Below, piece by piece: positions 34,085-47,616 of a stretch of DNA of 64,000 bases. The translations under genes and the position numbers were made by a program. How positions within the stretch are numbered: position 1 is the first letter of the stretch; each line of letters opens with the position of its first letter. The DNA is from Lingula anatina (lineage: Eukaryota; Animalia; Brachiopoda): positions 33,375,967-33,439,966 of the forward strand of contig CM120640.1 of NCBI GenBank assembly GCA_051362555.1, read 5' to 3'. The notes under the pieces were generated by a model. It was not told where the DNA came from. It saw only the letters and a list, made by a program, of their open reading frames with translations, and searched no databases.

Positions 34085-35259
34085 ACTTAGCAGGCTCAGC
34101 TTTAAAGCATAGAAATCTATATAAAAGAACCTCAGAAGGAAAAAGTGAAGAATCAGTTTTTTTTCACAGTAACTCTTATTATTCCTATTAGCATTTTTAA
34201 AAAATCTGAAGACTTGTGAATATTTAACATATTACAGTTTGTTTTCATGAAAACAGCAGGATATATAATATTGAAGGTTAAATTGCAAATAGAGAATATC
34301 ATTCTAAATTGTTCACATTTACAATTAGTATATATTGTGCTTTTAAATGTTTCAATGTTTTTAAAATGTTATTTCTGAAAATAACCTTCTATTTAAAAAA
34401 ATATTTATAGTTATAAATCATGTTTTACAAAAAGATGCATTTTTATAGTTGTATCCAGATATATTTTACTTGGATAGCAAAAGTATGTCATGTTTCAAGA
34501 GTTCCATAACTGTTAGTTTTCCAAGCTTGTATTAGTGCCTTGCAGTTTCTGTTTGGTATGTGTGCTTTGAAGAATAGCAGCATTTAACTTATTAAGATTT
34601 TTTATCTATTAAGTGATATCAACAACTTCCAATTTAAGCCAACAACTAACTTTGAATGGACATTTTTCTGTTGATGACCATTTCCTCTGAAGATGAATAA
34701 TTCGAAAAGGAAGAATAATAGATTTTTTACATGCATTTATTCAACCATCCATTTCTGTTTAGCTTTATTACTATTTACATTTCTAAAATTTAAAATAAAA
34801 GATGTTACAGTGGAAGGAGTTTATGTTGGTGATATTTTTTGCTGAAATATGATCTATAAATGAATAAAGTCTATGATTCAGTTATATACAAATGAAGCTG
34901 CAATCCTACATATACTTACATTAACTAATTTAAAGATTACAATACCCCTTTTCATTTGTGCCTGATTAAATTGTCTAGTATTGGCATTTTGTCCGTTTTC
35001 ACATCCACAACATTCACAAACACATTCTCACTTAAGGCTAAAACTGTTGGCCATTACTCTAAAGTGTTGCTTCCACATCCTATGACCAGCAAGAAAAGCA
35101 TTGCATGTTACTGGCTTACTATCAAATACAACAGTTATTTTGGCTAGTGTAAAATAAATGAAGATGTATATAAACATTGCTAATATGACAGGAGATTACA
35201 TACCACTAATTTCATATTTTGGATCTAATAAATCCAAATGCAAAAGCAGGGATAATACT

Positions 35260-35672
35260 GTTTAGTGAATAAGTTTGAAAATGTGACGTGGGGTCCATGA
35301 AGGCCAATGGCATTTTTGGCTCCCAAAAAGTCTGAAATCTGCCAAAAGTTGGAAAAATCGCATCCATGTATAAGATGTCACAAAAATCCACATATACATG
35401 ATTTCATGTATCAAACATATGGCATGTTTCCAGTCAACAAATAGTGTCAACACATCTTGACAACTGGGCATCTTATGAATAGCTGACCAAATCTGACCCC
35501 CATGTTGTCTTACCCAAGAAAGTGATGGTCCAGGAGAGTTTGCTGTATTCAGGCAGATTGCATTCCAATTTAAAATAACCCGTCTTGACTGGAAACATGA
35601 CACCGACGACAACAACATTTTGGCATATGGTAATTAGCTGTATTGGATATCCTCATGGAATGAGCCAAGATG
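35260..35672 (-). mobile_element. Degenerate HINE-like remnant between the REC8 and KIF11 3' ends
   Basis: The minus strand begins ttggctca...cagctaattaccat...gttgttgtcgtcgg, resembling a HINE 5' end. Composition differs from the AT-rich flanks. Confidence 0.4.
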
Positions 35673-35902
35673 TACCTTTGATATATTGCAGCAAAAGCTA
35701 TGTTACATCTAAAGTGCCTTTTTTTTCTGACACTATAAACATTACTCAATGAGCCAAAATGATCTTGATAAAAGAAGCAAAAGTTGTGTTACACCATGCA
35801 TGGCTATCTGCTTATGTCTTTTGAAGGTCGGGTAATTGTCAGTGGTGATGGCGATATATCTGATCAATCTTTTTTTTCCCACTGCTGTAACAAAGCATCT
35901 CT

Positions 35903-38900
35903 TCATGCTGGTGCGTTGTTGCTGCTCCTCAAAGGAGCCCTTGTTTTCTTTGGAGTAATAAGGCTCCTGGATTTGTAGGCTTTGGGGGCTGATAACTTGG
36001 ATCGAATTTTTGGACAGTTTTCCTTAGTTTCCAAGTCGTTCTGTAATGAAAGTTAAATGTCTCTTTAAATATTTTCCTATGTAATGCTTTCTTCTCAAAT
36101 ACTGAAATGTAATGATAACATAAAAATTTAAGTCTTCAAATTTTGTATAACTATCAGCACCAAACCTGTTCCAAATGACTTATACAGGTTCGTAATTTCC
36201 CTAAAAAATTGACAAACCTTGACGTCATTGACCTCTGTACTGGCTCGAGGTTCATTGGCCTCACTAACTGATGATACCACAGACGACACACTGCTGCTTC
36301 TACTCAGGTTGTTAATTTCAGAGACCTTAAATGTCAATTAAAAAGATACTGTTAATTGAATGGTTTTTCAAAATTTAAACAAAGATACAAAGTGAGAGCT
36401 TGAATGATGTGTGCATATTTTTGCAGACACAGGGGAAAATGTTTTTAAAGGCACGAAGACAACTATTTGGAAATAATACATATAAATTACCTCAGCAGCT
36501 GCTTCTGGGGGTATGTCAGAGCTTTCATTGAGGGACAGTTCTGGCAATGGAACATTCAAAGCCTCCTCAAGGTTGTACTTCTCTCGGAAATTTTCCAGAA
36601 GGCTATCATGAGGCTCTGCCTTGGTGAGAATGCGGGGATATGTAAAATCACGCCTCTGTGGTGTGGTCCCTTAGAAAAAAAAAAAGGATAAGCACGATAA
36701 AAGTACCAATAACTGACACAAGCTTCATAGGAGAATAAAAATAAATGGCTTAGAACCAAACAGATTTGAATCCCACTTTTGTTAAGAGACTAAAATTTCA
36801 TTGGCCTAAGTAAAATATCAATGCATCATACCAGTAGGGACATCCTTTCTTAATTCCTCTGTTAAGAACTTTTCCAGTTCTTCATATCTGGCAGTCAATT
36901 CACTAACATGCTTCTGGCTTTGCTCTTGAATGGATATCTGCTGTTCCTGAAGTTTTGAGGTCTGGTCTTCCATGAAGCTCTTCTCTTCTGCGCCTCGTGA
37001 CTGCAGCTTCTCTTTGATGGAGGATGTACTCTCCTCAGCATGTGATGCCAAAACCTTACACAAGAAGTAGTTTAAAAAATCATATCACTTGGCACAGGAA
37101 ATGTCTTACATATGTGGAATGCACCAAATATGATGTGGAGACAGCAAAAGGCAATGTATAAAAAAAGTTACTCTTGGTTGCTCTAAATATGTTCAATATG
37201 CCAAATAAGTAAATTTTTACAAAATGAAAATTTAATGAACAAAATAGGGCACAGAAGTGAGATTTGAAGTTCATGGGATTCCGCGAGGTTTCATCACTTC
37301 CTGAGATGTTTGGGGGGGTCTAAACAACAGTGACTACAGCTATCAACATGGTTCCCTGTGAATAAGCTCAAACAGGGCGAATGGGAAAGACTGTGTCAGT
37401 AGGTTTTGACAATCATAATAACAAATTTGCAAATAAGATGGCGAGGCTATCCCCACAAGTGGCTATGTTGCAGAACAACGTATCAATCTACACAGCATTA
37501 TCTTGCATATGCAAAGAAGACTTCAGTACCCTATACATTCAAATATTTATGTTGCTTTCAGCTGTAATATTAGCACACAAGTAGCATGGGTGGTTACCTG
37601 TATTTGTTGCTGTTGTTGCTCTGACGCTGTTCTTGTCACTAAAACATGGTTATCCATCATATCCTCCACCTTAGTACAGTGGTTCTGCCAACCCTGAGAA
37701 AGTAAAGATCATAACATATTAAGTCCTAAAAGCACAATGTAAAAACTAAATGCAAAAATATGATCTATGCTCAATCAATAAGTTAAACTAACCCAAAAAG
37801 CCAGTTTCAACTTTTCTGGCAAGGAAAACATTGTCAACCATGTCTTGATGAATTCTAATTTTACATTTCTACATTCTATATTTTACCTCTTGACCCATTT
37901 TGATGGCATTCTGACAGTTTTCTTGTATATGCACCATTTCTTTGGAGTTTGAGGAATTAGACTCCAGCAACTGAAGAAAAAGAATCATAAGTCGTTACAT
38001 TTCAAATTTATCATAAACTACAACACCAGATGACAGTGCACATAGTTCACAGACAACTCAGCTTTCTGTTTGTGATACTAAATGGCACATTTTAAAACCC
38101 GAGAGCCGAGGCATCACGAGTTGCTGAGGATTAAAATATAATCATCACAGACTTTTCACACAGTGCATGTTTTATCAATTTGGCCACATTACAAACCAGC
38201 CAAGTCATCCAAACATTCACTTTTCTTTCTTTTATAAAATTATTAATTATTTCTTTTATGGCCAATATGATCACACAAATGACAGTACACAAGATGGCAT
38301 CAAACAATTGTTTACCTTACCTTCTGAATATTTTCCTGATTTTCAGTCTCCATTGAAGTAGTAAGTGTCAACAGGGAAGTTGTCCTTTCTTCTGCAGCAC
38401 TGAGCAGGTTGGATCTTGTACTGTTAAAAATTTGGAAATTGTATAACAATTGCTTCACTTTAGCCTGGTGATCCATTTATCATCAGAGTCATCATGATAA
38501 TTCTCAAGATAATGTATCTTAGTAAGGTATGCTTCTTTTGGAAATAAATAAAGGGAGAATTAAAAGTTATTCTTATAAGATTAAGGGAAAACTACACACA
38601 AAAATATCAATCATAAAATTTTATAGAAGTTAATAAGGTCTGTGTGGTCCTCATCATTGTAAGAGCATTGGAAATTAACCTTTCACGAATTGAGAATTGA
38701 AAAAGATAATTTCTAATTGACAAAATGGAATGAAAACTTACTGTTGGAAATCCTGCCTCATCTGAGAAACATCAGTTTTAAAACCAGTATACTCTGTCTG
38801 CACCTGGTTCATATTTGTATTAAGACTGGCCTTACAATCCCCTATCAAACTGTTGAGTTGTTGAGACATTTGGAGAATAACCTGAAACATAAGGGTCTCA

Positions 38901-39702
38901 TACTAATAAATAAGTTAACTGTCTTAAATAAAATTACACTCAAGCCAAAGTACTTTTCTTTCATTTTCACCAGATTTTAGCAGACATGAAATCAGATAAT
39001 TGATATCACTCACTGATAGGGAATATTATATTATGGTTTCTTCCATGTTACTTCAGACTAAAAAATGGCAGTTCTTGGCATTCTTTTATCAGCGAAAATC
39101 AGCAAAAACCAGTACTTGGTGCATGAATTCCTGTCCTATAACCTACCTCCATCTGTTTGTCCTGGGAGGCCCTGACCTCTTCTGCCCGCTCACTGAATCC
39201 ATCAACAGCCGACTCCTGTTTACAGGTGTACTTCTCCACCATCTCACCAAGGGTGGACAGTGCTTCAGAGTTTTTCTGGCCACCAACCTTTAAGGACTCT
39301 TGAAGGTCTTCAAGCTATGTGTAAAACATATCTTCATCAGTAACAATACCATTAAAACAAGGTGCACATAACCTTGGAAAGAATTAAAAAACTTCAAGAC
39401 TTCATGTATCATAAATTTATTTATTTATTACTTATTTTCAAGATGCCTGATGATTACACACCTATACAAACATTTCAGGATTTTCTCTTTCAGCTCTGAA
39501 GAAAAAAAAAAGCACATAAACTTACCTGCTCTTTATGTCTTTTTCCAAACTGTGTCAGGACCTCCACCTGCTGACCTATCATGGTGCTTACTAACTGTGT
39601 TTGCTGTACAACTTGTGCCAGAGCAGCGGACAAGGCAGACACTTCAGATTCCTGAAATATCATAAACAGTGTCAGTTTGTCAAGACTAAAATTCTAAAGC
39701 AA

Positions 39703-39733
<31 letters not shown>

Positions 39734-40888
39734 AAACTAAAAGTGGAAAAAATAATAAAAATTAAAAGTGAAAAATATAAAAATTAAATAAATAAACATC
39801 ATTTACATACTTACCAAACAATACCAATTATTGCCATGCTAAACAATTCCCAAGCTGTTGTGAGCAACCCTAAATCATTATCTGAGCATGCAAAACACAC
39901 ACACACCTTTGTCTGGGTAACATAGGTCTGGACTGTTTGAGACCATTCCTGTGTATTTCTGCATGTGCTCTGTAGGCTCTCTGTCAAAGCGGCTGTCTTT
40001 TCTTGCAGGGAAGACATCAGAAACGTATGCAGGGACACTAGATTAGACAACTCTCCATGCTTCTTCTCAAAGTTCTCAGCTGGAAGAAAGTAGATAGAGT
40101 TTATAACCACACTGCATGTGCTTAGGAAAACTGTCGTGCAACATACATTAAATATATTAAGTTCAAATATTTAAAAAAATTAGACAAAATGGCCTCTCCA
40201 ATGTTTATACATAAGGCATTTCTCTAAAAGAAACACCTTACTATAAGACTAGAACATACTAGAGAAATGCCTTACCCAGTTCCTGCTGTATGGTAGACAG
40301 GAAATCCGTCTGCTTATGGGAAAACGATTCAGAATCATTTTTCAAGACTGAAAATTTCTCTCGAATATCAATTTGAAACCTTTCTTGGCAATTTGTATTG
40401 TGCATTTCTACGTCTTTTTTACGCAGTATCTTTGCATGAAGGCCTTCAACGTCAGAAGTGGCCTGATCAGCAGTTTCAAGAAGCTGCAAGAAAAAAAATA
40501 TCAAAGGCTAAATTTTTTTCACTTCACAGAAAATAAACTCAAGAAGCAGCAAGAAAAAAAAACAAATGCTAAATTTTTTTCACTTCACAGAAAATATACA
40601 ATTGGTGAACTTCATGTAATACATACTATCAACAAATGTGTACTCTCAAATCACAAGAGAACACAGATCTTACCTGAGTGGCCTCAGAATGAAGGTTCTT
40701 TTCGGCTTGGACATGCTCATGTACCAGATGTTTGTTTTCATCCCTCTCCCGGGTGGTCACACGGAGAACTTTCTTTGTTTGCTTTAAGGTGGATGTGGTG
40801 TCCTCCAGCTTCTTTGATGTCTCTTCCAAATTTACCTTGGTTTCTTCCAACTCTAGCTTGTTGAAGTTGAATAGCTCATTCACCTAGA

Positions 40889-40932
<44 letters not shown>

Positions 40933-43900
40933 TCATAATAAAATGAATAATAAAAATATTATCTTTATGGATTGGAAAGTTTGTTAAGAATTTAAAAACA
41001 GATTCTCAGATTCAGAGTACTCAGAGTTTCAATCCAATCATATCATTTACCATCTTATTTTTACTTTTCAGGTATGTAAACAATTCAGATGATATTCTGA
41101 TTTTCTATCACACTTTTTACTTTAATTACAACAAATCATTAAAAGAGTATATACATTTGAGCAAAGCACGGGGAAAAATAGAGACAGAAATACCTTCTCC
41201 ATTTCTTCTATTGTAGCCTGGAGTTTTTCTTCTAACATAGCAATGCTGTCCTTCTGTTGCAGCATGGTGGTCTGCATGTTACTGAAAAAATAATAAAACA
41301 ATTCTGAAGATTTTGTTTTGAAGCTGCCACTAGAATGGTAAGCTTTTATCCAAATCAAAATTATTTACACTGATACATCATTGTAAATCAACTCACTTGT
41401 AATTCTCAGTATCGACATAAATCCCATTCTTATCTCTGGCAGCCAGTAAATCCCGTCGGAGACGCTCAATCTCTTCATTGTACTCCTGGAAAAATTATGA
41501 CAAAACAATTAAAGTGGAATTGACAAAATAAAGATAAATGCATGGTTCCTAAAGTGTACATTGACCAAAATAAAATGCTCATAATTATAAGGGCATTTAA
41601 CATTTAATCTTAAGATGGAAGACACTGTTTTTTCCAAATAAAAATCTCTACCTTAAAAAGAGCTTTCTTTGTCAGTTTCTGGTTGATCTCAGGTTTGTTG
41701 GTAATGTTCTTAGCTCTGTGAGCATAGTCCAGGGTGCTCAAAGTTTCCTTTAATAACAAAGCAAAATGCACCATTGTTATCACTTTTTTAAATTGAAATA
41801 AAAATAAAATCTTACTATTAAAGGTTTGCTTCTAGAAACAATTGATTATATACTATAGAAACATTTTTTTCATTCAGAATAACCAGCTTTACAGTTAAAA
41901 TCTCAAGTTTTGACTTTTCTCACAGTATTTTCGCTTTAAAAAAAAACTTACCTCCAGATTGCAAGAAGCTGGAGAAATGGTGGCTACAATGGAGGTCTTG
42001 GTCCTACCTCCCAGGGAGTCCTGTAAGAGCCTTGTCAGCTTGCTCTCTCTGTAAGGAACATGAGGGGCATGCTCCACCAGAGCAGTAATAACACGACCCA
42101 GGGTCAGCAAGCTCTGGTTGATGTTACCTTGTGGAATAAAATACAACTTTGTACATCAAAAGTTCAGGCCTACCCAACTACCAGACTCGGCACCTAAGGA
42201 TCCTGAATTAACCGGTATATCGGACCACACTACCCGTTTTCAAGGTGTGTGTCAGATCGCATTTCGGAGTATCAGCCAGAACACCGACAGGATGAGCCCT
42301 GGCATGCTCGGCTGTCACTTTGATTGGATAGTAAACGATTGTCGTAAAATCGCTATATGATTTTAAAACCGGGTGCATAAATTTGAAAGCCACCTAGATG
42401 AACCTAAGACTGCCACATTAATCTAATACAATGCAAAAAAGCCCTATCAAAAGTGGTTAAAACATTCAAACCGAATGTCGTAAAGTCCCCATATATCCCC
42501 ATAGAGACAATAAAATAGAGTACTCTAAAGTAAGAGTACAGTTTAAGGTTGTTCAGCCGAGCGTGGATGAGCCCGCAGTCGTGCTACAAAATTTGTTCTA
42601 GGGTATGATACTCCGAAATGCGATCTGACACACACCCTGAAAACGGGTAGCGTGGTCCGATATACCGGTTAATTCAGGATCCTTAGGTGCCCAGTCTGGT
42701 AGTTGGGTAGGCCTGAAGTTCAGACTATGGACTTAATGTTTCACACTTAAGGCCACACTTTTTTATTTTTATGGATGACATCCTGCGTGCGCACCGATTT
42801 TCGTTCGTTCTCCGAAAAAAAAAAAAAAAAAAAAACTCACCCTCAACGAAGTCGGTTGTCGCAAATGTCCTTATTGAATTTTGCCAGAAAATGAGCTTTC
42901 TGTGCATGCGTCTTATCGTCACGTGGAAATTGGCGGCTTTTTTACCTTTCTACAAAGTATTCACAATGCTTTAATATTTTGAGAGCATGGATAAAGACAT
43001 AGTGTTAGTTTGATACGTGTTTCTGTGGTAAATTTGTGTTTCCAGCTGTGTACTGACAGCATTCCTTTACTTAAGCAGTATTTTTTTTTTGGACTGTTTT
43101 TTTTTTTCGCCCTCTCGCACCGATTTCGGGGTCCCCAGAGGATGTCATCCATAAAAATAAAAAAGTGTGGCCTAAAGGGGACATAAGTCTGTTTTGCATG
43201 TGCGCAAGAATACTGCAAATTTTGCAATGTTATTGTGCAATGCATTCACTTCTGGGAACAGCTTTGCCATCTTGTTTGCAATTTGTAATTGTTATTGTCA
43301 AAACCTTTATCCAGTCTTTCCCATTTGCTCTGTTTGAGCCTAGCCACAGGGCAGACAGGGAAAACAAAACAAAACAAAACACAAATCCCACGGAATCCAG
43401 TGAACTTCAAATCTCACTTCTGCGCCCTGTTAAAGATTACTTAAAACAAATTAAGAATTTTCATGGACTCTGGATAACTCTTACACATTTCATCTGTAAC
43501 CCATTAAGTTCACAGCAAATCACTATCTGCAGTGCCACTGGTAAGAAATTGAAATATAGCAGTTAACATTGGAACTATTTCCTTCAAACTGTGTCAATAT
43601 TGCCAAAACTCTTATATGTTTCCAGATGCCATAAAAGGGGCTATCAAGTTGAGAAAAGCTTCATAATTAGTACTACTCACCAGCCTCCCTTGCCCTTTTC
43701 TCCACTGCACCTGACCTGCCTATGTTCTCACTACCTGCTAAATCCACCTAGAAAGTCAATAAATAGAATGTCTTCAACTTTCAGCATTTCATCTACAATT
43801 TTATTCTAGTTTTCTTAAATGAAGGTTTACCTGTACTGTGTTTTAAATGAAGGTGTTTTAACAACAGGCAATTCTTTCATCAAAACAGCATTTGTACAAT

Positions 43901-46126
43901 CTCAATGTATTGCAAGGACATCCCCTTACTTACCAAGTTGAGCTTCCCTGTCTTCAAAAGCTCTTCTCCATCAATGGAGTTCTCTTTTATATGGATAGTC
44001 ACAGAGAACACCACATGAGACCGACTGAAACAAAGTAGAAATATTTACAACTTGAATACAGAATACAGCAGTTAAGAAAAAAACTGTAACAGATGATATC
44101 TGGATGTGAACCACCAGTCACACATTTCCAATTCCGCTTCAATAATTAGCATATAATTGGCATACACCCTGTATTATGTCAGAATAATCTTTAAAACTCT
44201 GGATATCCCAAACGGGTAAACTTGCTATTGAGAAAGGTGTGCAACTCAAATATATCAATATCACACACACAAAAAAACAAGAGATTTTGATATGGGGTCT
44301 AGTATTCACCTGGAAGATGCATTCATGAGTGTGGCAGCTGTCTGTCTCTTGGCAGCTCCTCTCTCCAGAATATGGTAGACATCATATTTGTTCTGGACCA
44401 CAGCCTCCTCCAAGCCTTGAATAACCACAGAGCCCTGCAGTGAAACCATGTGTCACTTCAGTAAAATATCATTAGACAAAAGAATGGTCTATACCCAGAA
44501 GTAAGCAGCTTTTTTCAATAGCTATTTTTGCTATAGACTGTTATTTATAAGCAAAGAATGCCAAGTGAATGCAAGAATCAAATGTTTTGTAAATTTGTGA
44601 GAAAACATATCACTTGGTTTAAATGGATATACAATGACCTAAGTAAATTGCTTTTCTTTATATTCTATGATTGGCAGTTTGTTCAAAACAAGTACAATAC
44701 TAGTAAACAGTTTAAAACATATTATAGCACATTAATGACCTTTTTAGTTGAGTCTTCAAATATCCTCATCCTGGGTGGGTCATCTCCAGCACTCAGCAAA
44801 TCAAACAGCTCTTCATTGTACAGCTCCAACATCGATACTCTTACAGAAAACTCACAGTTCTGAAAATTGACAATTTAAAATATCTAAATATGAGGTCAAA
44901 ATTATGATGCATTTATTTAAAAGAAACTTATATATAGTAAGTACTGCAAGACTTGATTGTCAATTGAAGGCCAAGCAAAATTTAATATTCAGCTGTTAAC
45001 AAGTACTGGAGGCTCATTGCATCATGGTCCACTGAAAAGCTACTGAATGAATGAATTATGGTGAAAAACGTGTAAACAATATGGTTAACAATACTGGGAA
45101 TAAAAAAGTTAACACCTAGTCCCACATTCACTTTTGAAGTTTTCAATCTTTCTAACATCGACTGAAATCACACATCTTGTTTTATTTTCAACAAATTCAT
45201 CAAGGGATAGTCATTTTTAAAAGAATTTTTGTGAATATGCTGTTACGTATGAAATTCTACTAACCTCTATTTTCTCAAGTTTGTCAAACAAATGTGCCAT
45301 AGACCTAGGTATTATGCCAGCTTCTGGATCATTTTCCCAGTTTGTTTCCCCTCCGCTTCTTTCTCCCTCCATTGTATATGTCTTGCCTGTGCCTGTTTGG
45401 CCATAACTATAACATAAACATACCTGATAACTGACCCATCTTTGGCAATATTTACTGCAGCTCAACTCTAATAATGTAATTCTTTAAAACTGCTTTTTAC
45501 CATCTTTAATCTTTGGTTCAAAATTGGAAATTATCAATACTTCAGACAATTTCCACATTATTCTGGAGATTTAAAATCCCCATAACTATAAAGAGGAAGG
45601 TGTACCTTAGTATTAATTGATCAGTATGGCATGTTATAAATTTAGAATTATGCCCTCAGAATACTTACGCAAATATTGTACAGTTGTATCCCATCAATAC
45701 TTCATCAATCACAGGCATAGCAACCTCTTTGTAGACTTCAAACTGAGTGGATTTAGGACCAAACACTCTATCGAACTGAAAAGTTTTGGTGTGTGTTTGG
45801 GCACCCATTCTCTCTTTTACAGTGACCTCTCTTTTCAGTCCATTTATATCCGTCACACAAAAAGATCCTTGACGTTCCGAAGAATTCATGGGCCTAGGAA
45901 ACAAATTGCACTCTTTTAGTTTTAATGAAAGTTACATTGTCTTATCTAAAAATAAATTTCTAAATTATAAGACACTGCATTCATATGAAAACAGGTGCTT
46001 ACATAAAGCCGGCCTTGAAAGGTAAAATTAGTGCTAGTATGATGTGATGTCAGTACATCAGTATGCACCGTATTTTTCCTTCCCAAGTAACAATACTACT
46101 GCTGCGGGGCTTCAGTTAACATAGGT

Positions 46127-46201
<75 letters not shown>

Positions 46202-46609
46202 GGGGGGACTTTCAACTGGAGGTGTGATATCAGGATTTCATTTTCAGATATATTTTAACCTTGATGCAGTCAAAAATCCCTATGCAATCAACCCTCTTTT
46301 CAACAGGATTCAACCCTAATTATGAATCAAAGCCGATTAAAACCTACAACATTGTGGATTAAATGCATTTTAGTCAAGTTGCATTATTGGAAAAATTAGA
46401 AAGAACATAAGTTCATAGCATGAAAATTGAGCTACTAGTAGTACTACGTTAGTAATTCCGTTTAGTGTTTTTTGGTTTACGGCTTTCACATTTTAATTTA
46501 CCATGATACAATAACGTTAAGAACTTGGCACAAGAAGAAATTACCTGCATCTTACAGACACTTGAATCTTTTGATTCTCCTCCCGCTCACTTTTGGATTT
46601 TGGTGCCAT
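35903..46609 (-). CDS. KIF11: Kinesin-5 (Eg5/BimC family) mitotic motor, multi-exon
   Basis: [59 protein letters not shown] and [19 protein letters not shown]; a coiled-coil stalk; BimC box DVPTGTTPQRR; C-terminal KEN box and RAPLRSSN D-box. Confidence 0.97.
40888..40930. repeat. (AAT)n microsatellite next to a KIF11 splice acceptor
   Basis: Seen directly. Confidence 0.9.
42165..42715. mobile_element. Young MITE (551 bp) with ~110-bp TIRs in a KIF11 intron
   Basis: caggcctacccaactaccagact...cggagtatca is mirrored at 42606-42715 with few mismatches. AAGTT is duplicated at 42160-42164 and 42716-42720. Confidence 0.9.
42751..43172. mobile_element. MITE with ~35-bp TIRs and TAA target duplication (PIF/Harbinger-like)
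   Basis: ggccacacttttttatttttatggatgacatcct and aggatgtcatccataaaaataaaaaagtgtggcc, with taa on both flanks. Confidence 0.85.
46129..46199. repeat. (GT)n microsatellite in KIF11 intron 1
   Basis: Seen directly. Confidence 0.95.
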
Positions 46610-46669
46610 ACTTTGATGTTTGTAATGGTTTTCAGCTTCCTACACTTAATTGTGTTGTTTTGACCATGA

Positions 46670-46745
46670 AAGTTTTGATTTGAAAATGGTGACGTCCTCG
46701 TTTTAAATAACCGATGCAGCCAATCATATTACAATCTCACGTCAT
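46670..46745 (-). promoter_or_regulatory. KIF11 proximal promoter with CHR, CRE-like and CCAAT motifs
   Basis: tttgaa (~46679), tgacgtc (~46690) and gccaatca (~46719) lie 70-115 bp upstream of the ATG, the typical layout of a G2/M (DREAM/NF-Y) promoter. Confidence 0.55.
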
Positions 46746-47616
46746 AGGTGGCGCTTGGGCAGTGGGTGGCATGACAGTACTAATCCGAGACCAGTGACTC
46801 CGTTTAGGTTACAAACCACTATTAAAAATCCCATTAACTTCCATTGTAACGTTTAATTCTCTTAAAAATATTTCCCATGCATCAACAAACACAACACTTC
46901 AGGTTTAAATACTTCTACTCAAGGCCTAAACAATATTAAAAAATCAGGGTACATTAATGGCATAGCTTGCCAGTGAAATGACATGACCCGTAAGGTGCTG
47001 CCGCCAGTCAGCCAAAATAAGCACTAAGTCTCACGTCATAGGTGACGCTTGGGCAGTGGGTGGCATGACCGTACTAATCCGAGACCAGTGACTCCGTTTA
47101 GGTTACAAACCACTATTAAAAATCCCATTTAACTTCCATTGTAACGTTTAATCCTCTTAAAAATATTTCCCATGCATCAACAAACACAACACTTCAGGTT
47201 TAAATACTTCTACTCAAGGCCTAAACAATATTAAAAAATCAGGGTACATTAATGGCATAGCTTGCCAGTGACATGACATGACCCGTAAGGTGCTGCCGCC
47301 AGTCAGCCAAAATAAGCACTAAGTCTCACGTCATAGGTGACGCTTGGGCAGTGGGTGGCATGACAGTACTAATCCGAGACCAGTGACTCCGTTTAGGTTA
47401 CAAACCACTATTAAAAATCCCATTAACTTCCATTGTAACGTTTAATCCTCTTAAAAATATTTCCCATGCATCAACAAACACAACACTTCAGGTTTAAATA
47501 CTTCTACTCAAGGCCTAAACAATATTAAAAAATCAGGGTACATTAATGGCATAGCTTGCCAGTGACATGACATGACCCGTAAGGTGCTGCCGCAAGTCAG
47601 CCAAAATAAGCACTAA
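46735..47616. repeat. Three near-identical 294/295-bp tandem units
   Basis: Unit start tctcacgtcataggtg at 46735, 47029 and 47324. Confidence 0.97.

Noticed and set aside
46735-47616. Regularly spaced repeats as a CRISPR-like array
   Set aside because: Whole units are duplicated with no unique spacers, the context is eukaryotic and there are no cas genes. The same applies to the 162-bp array.
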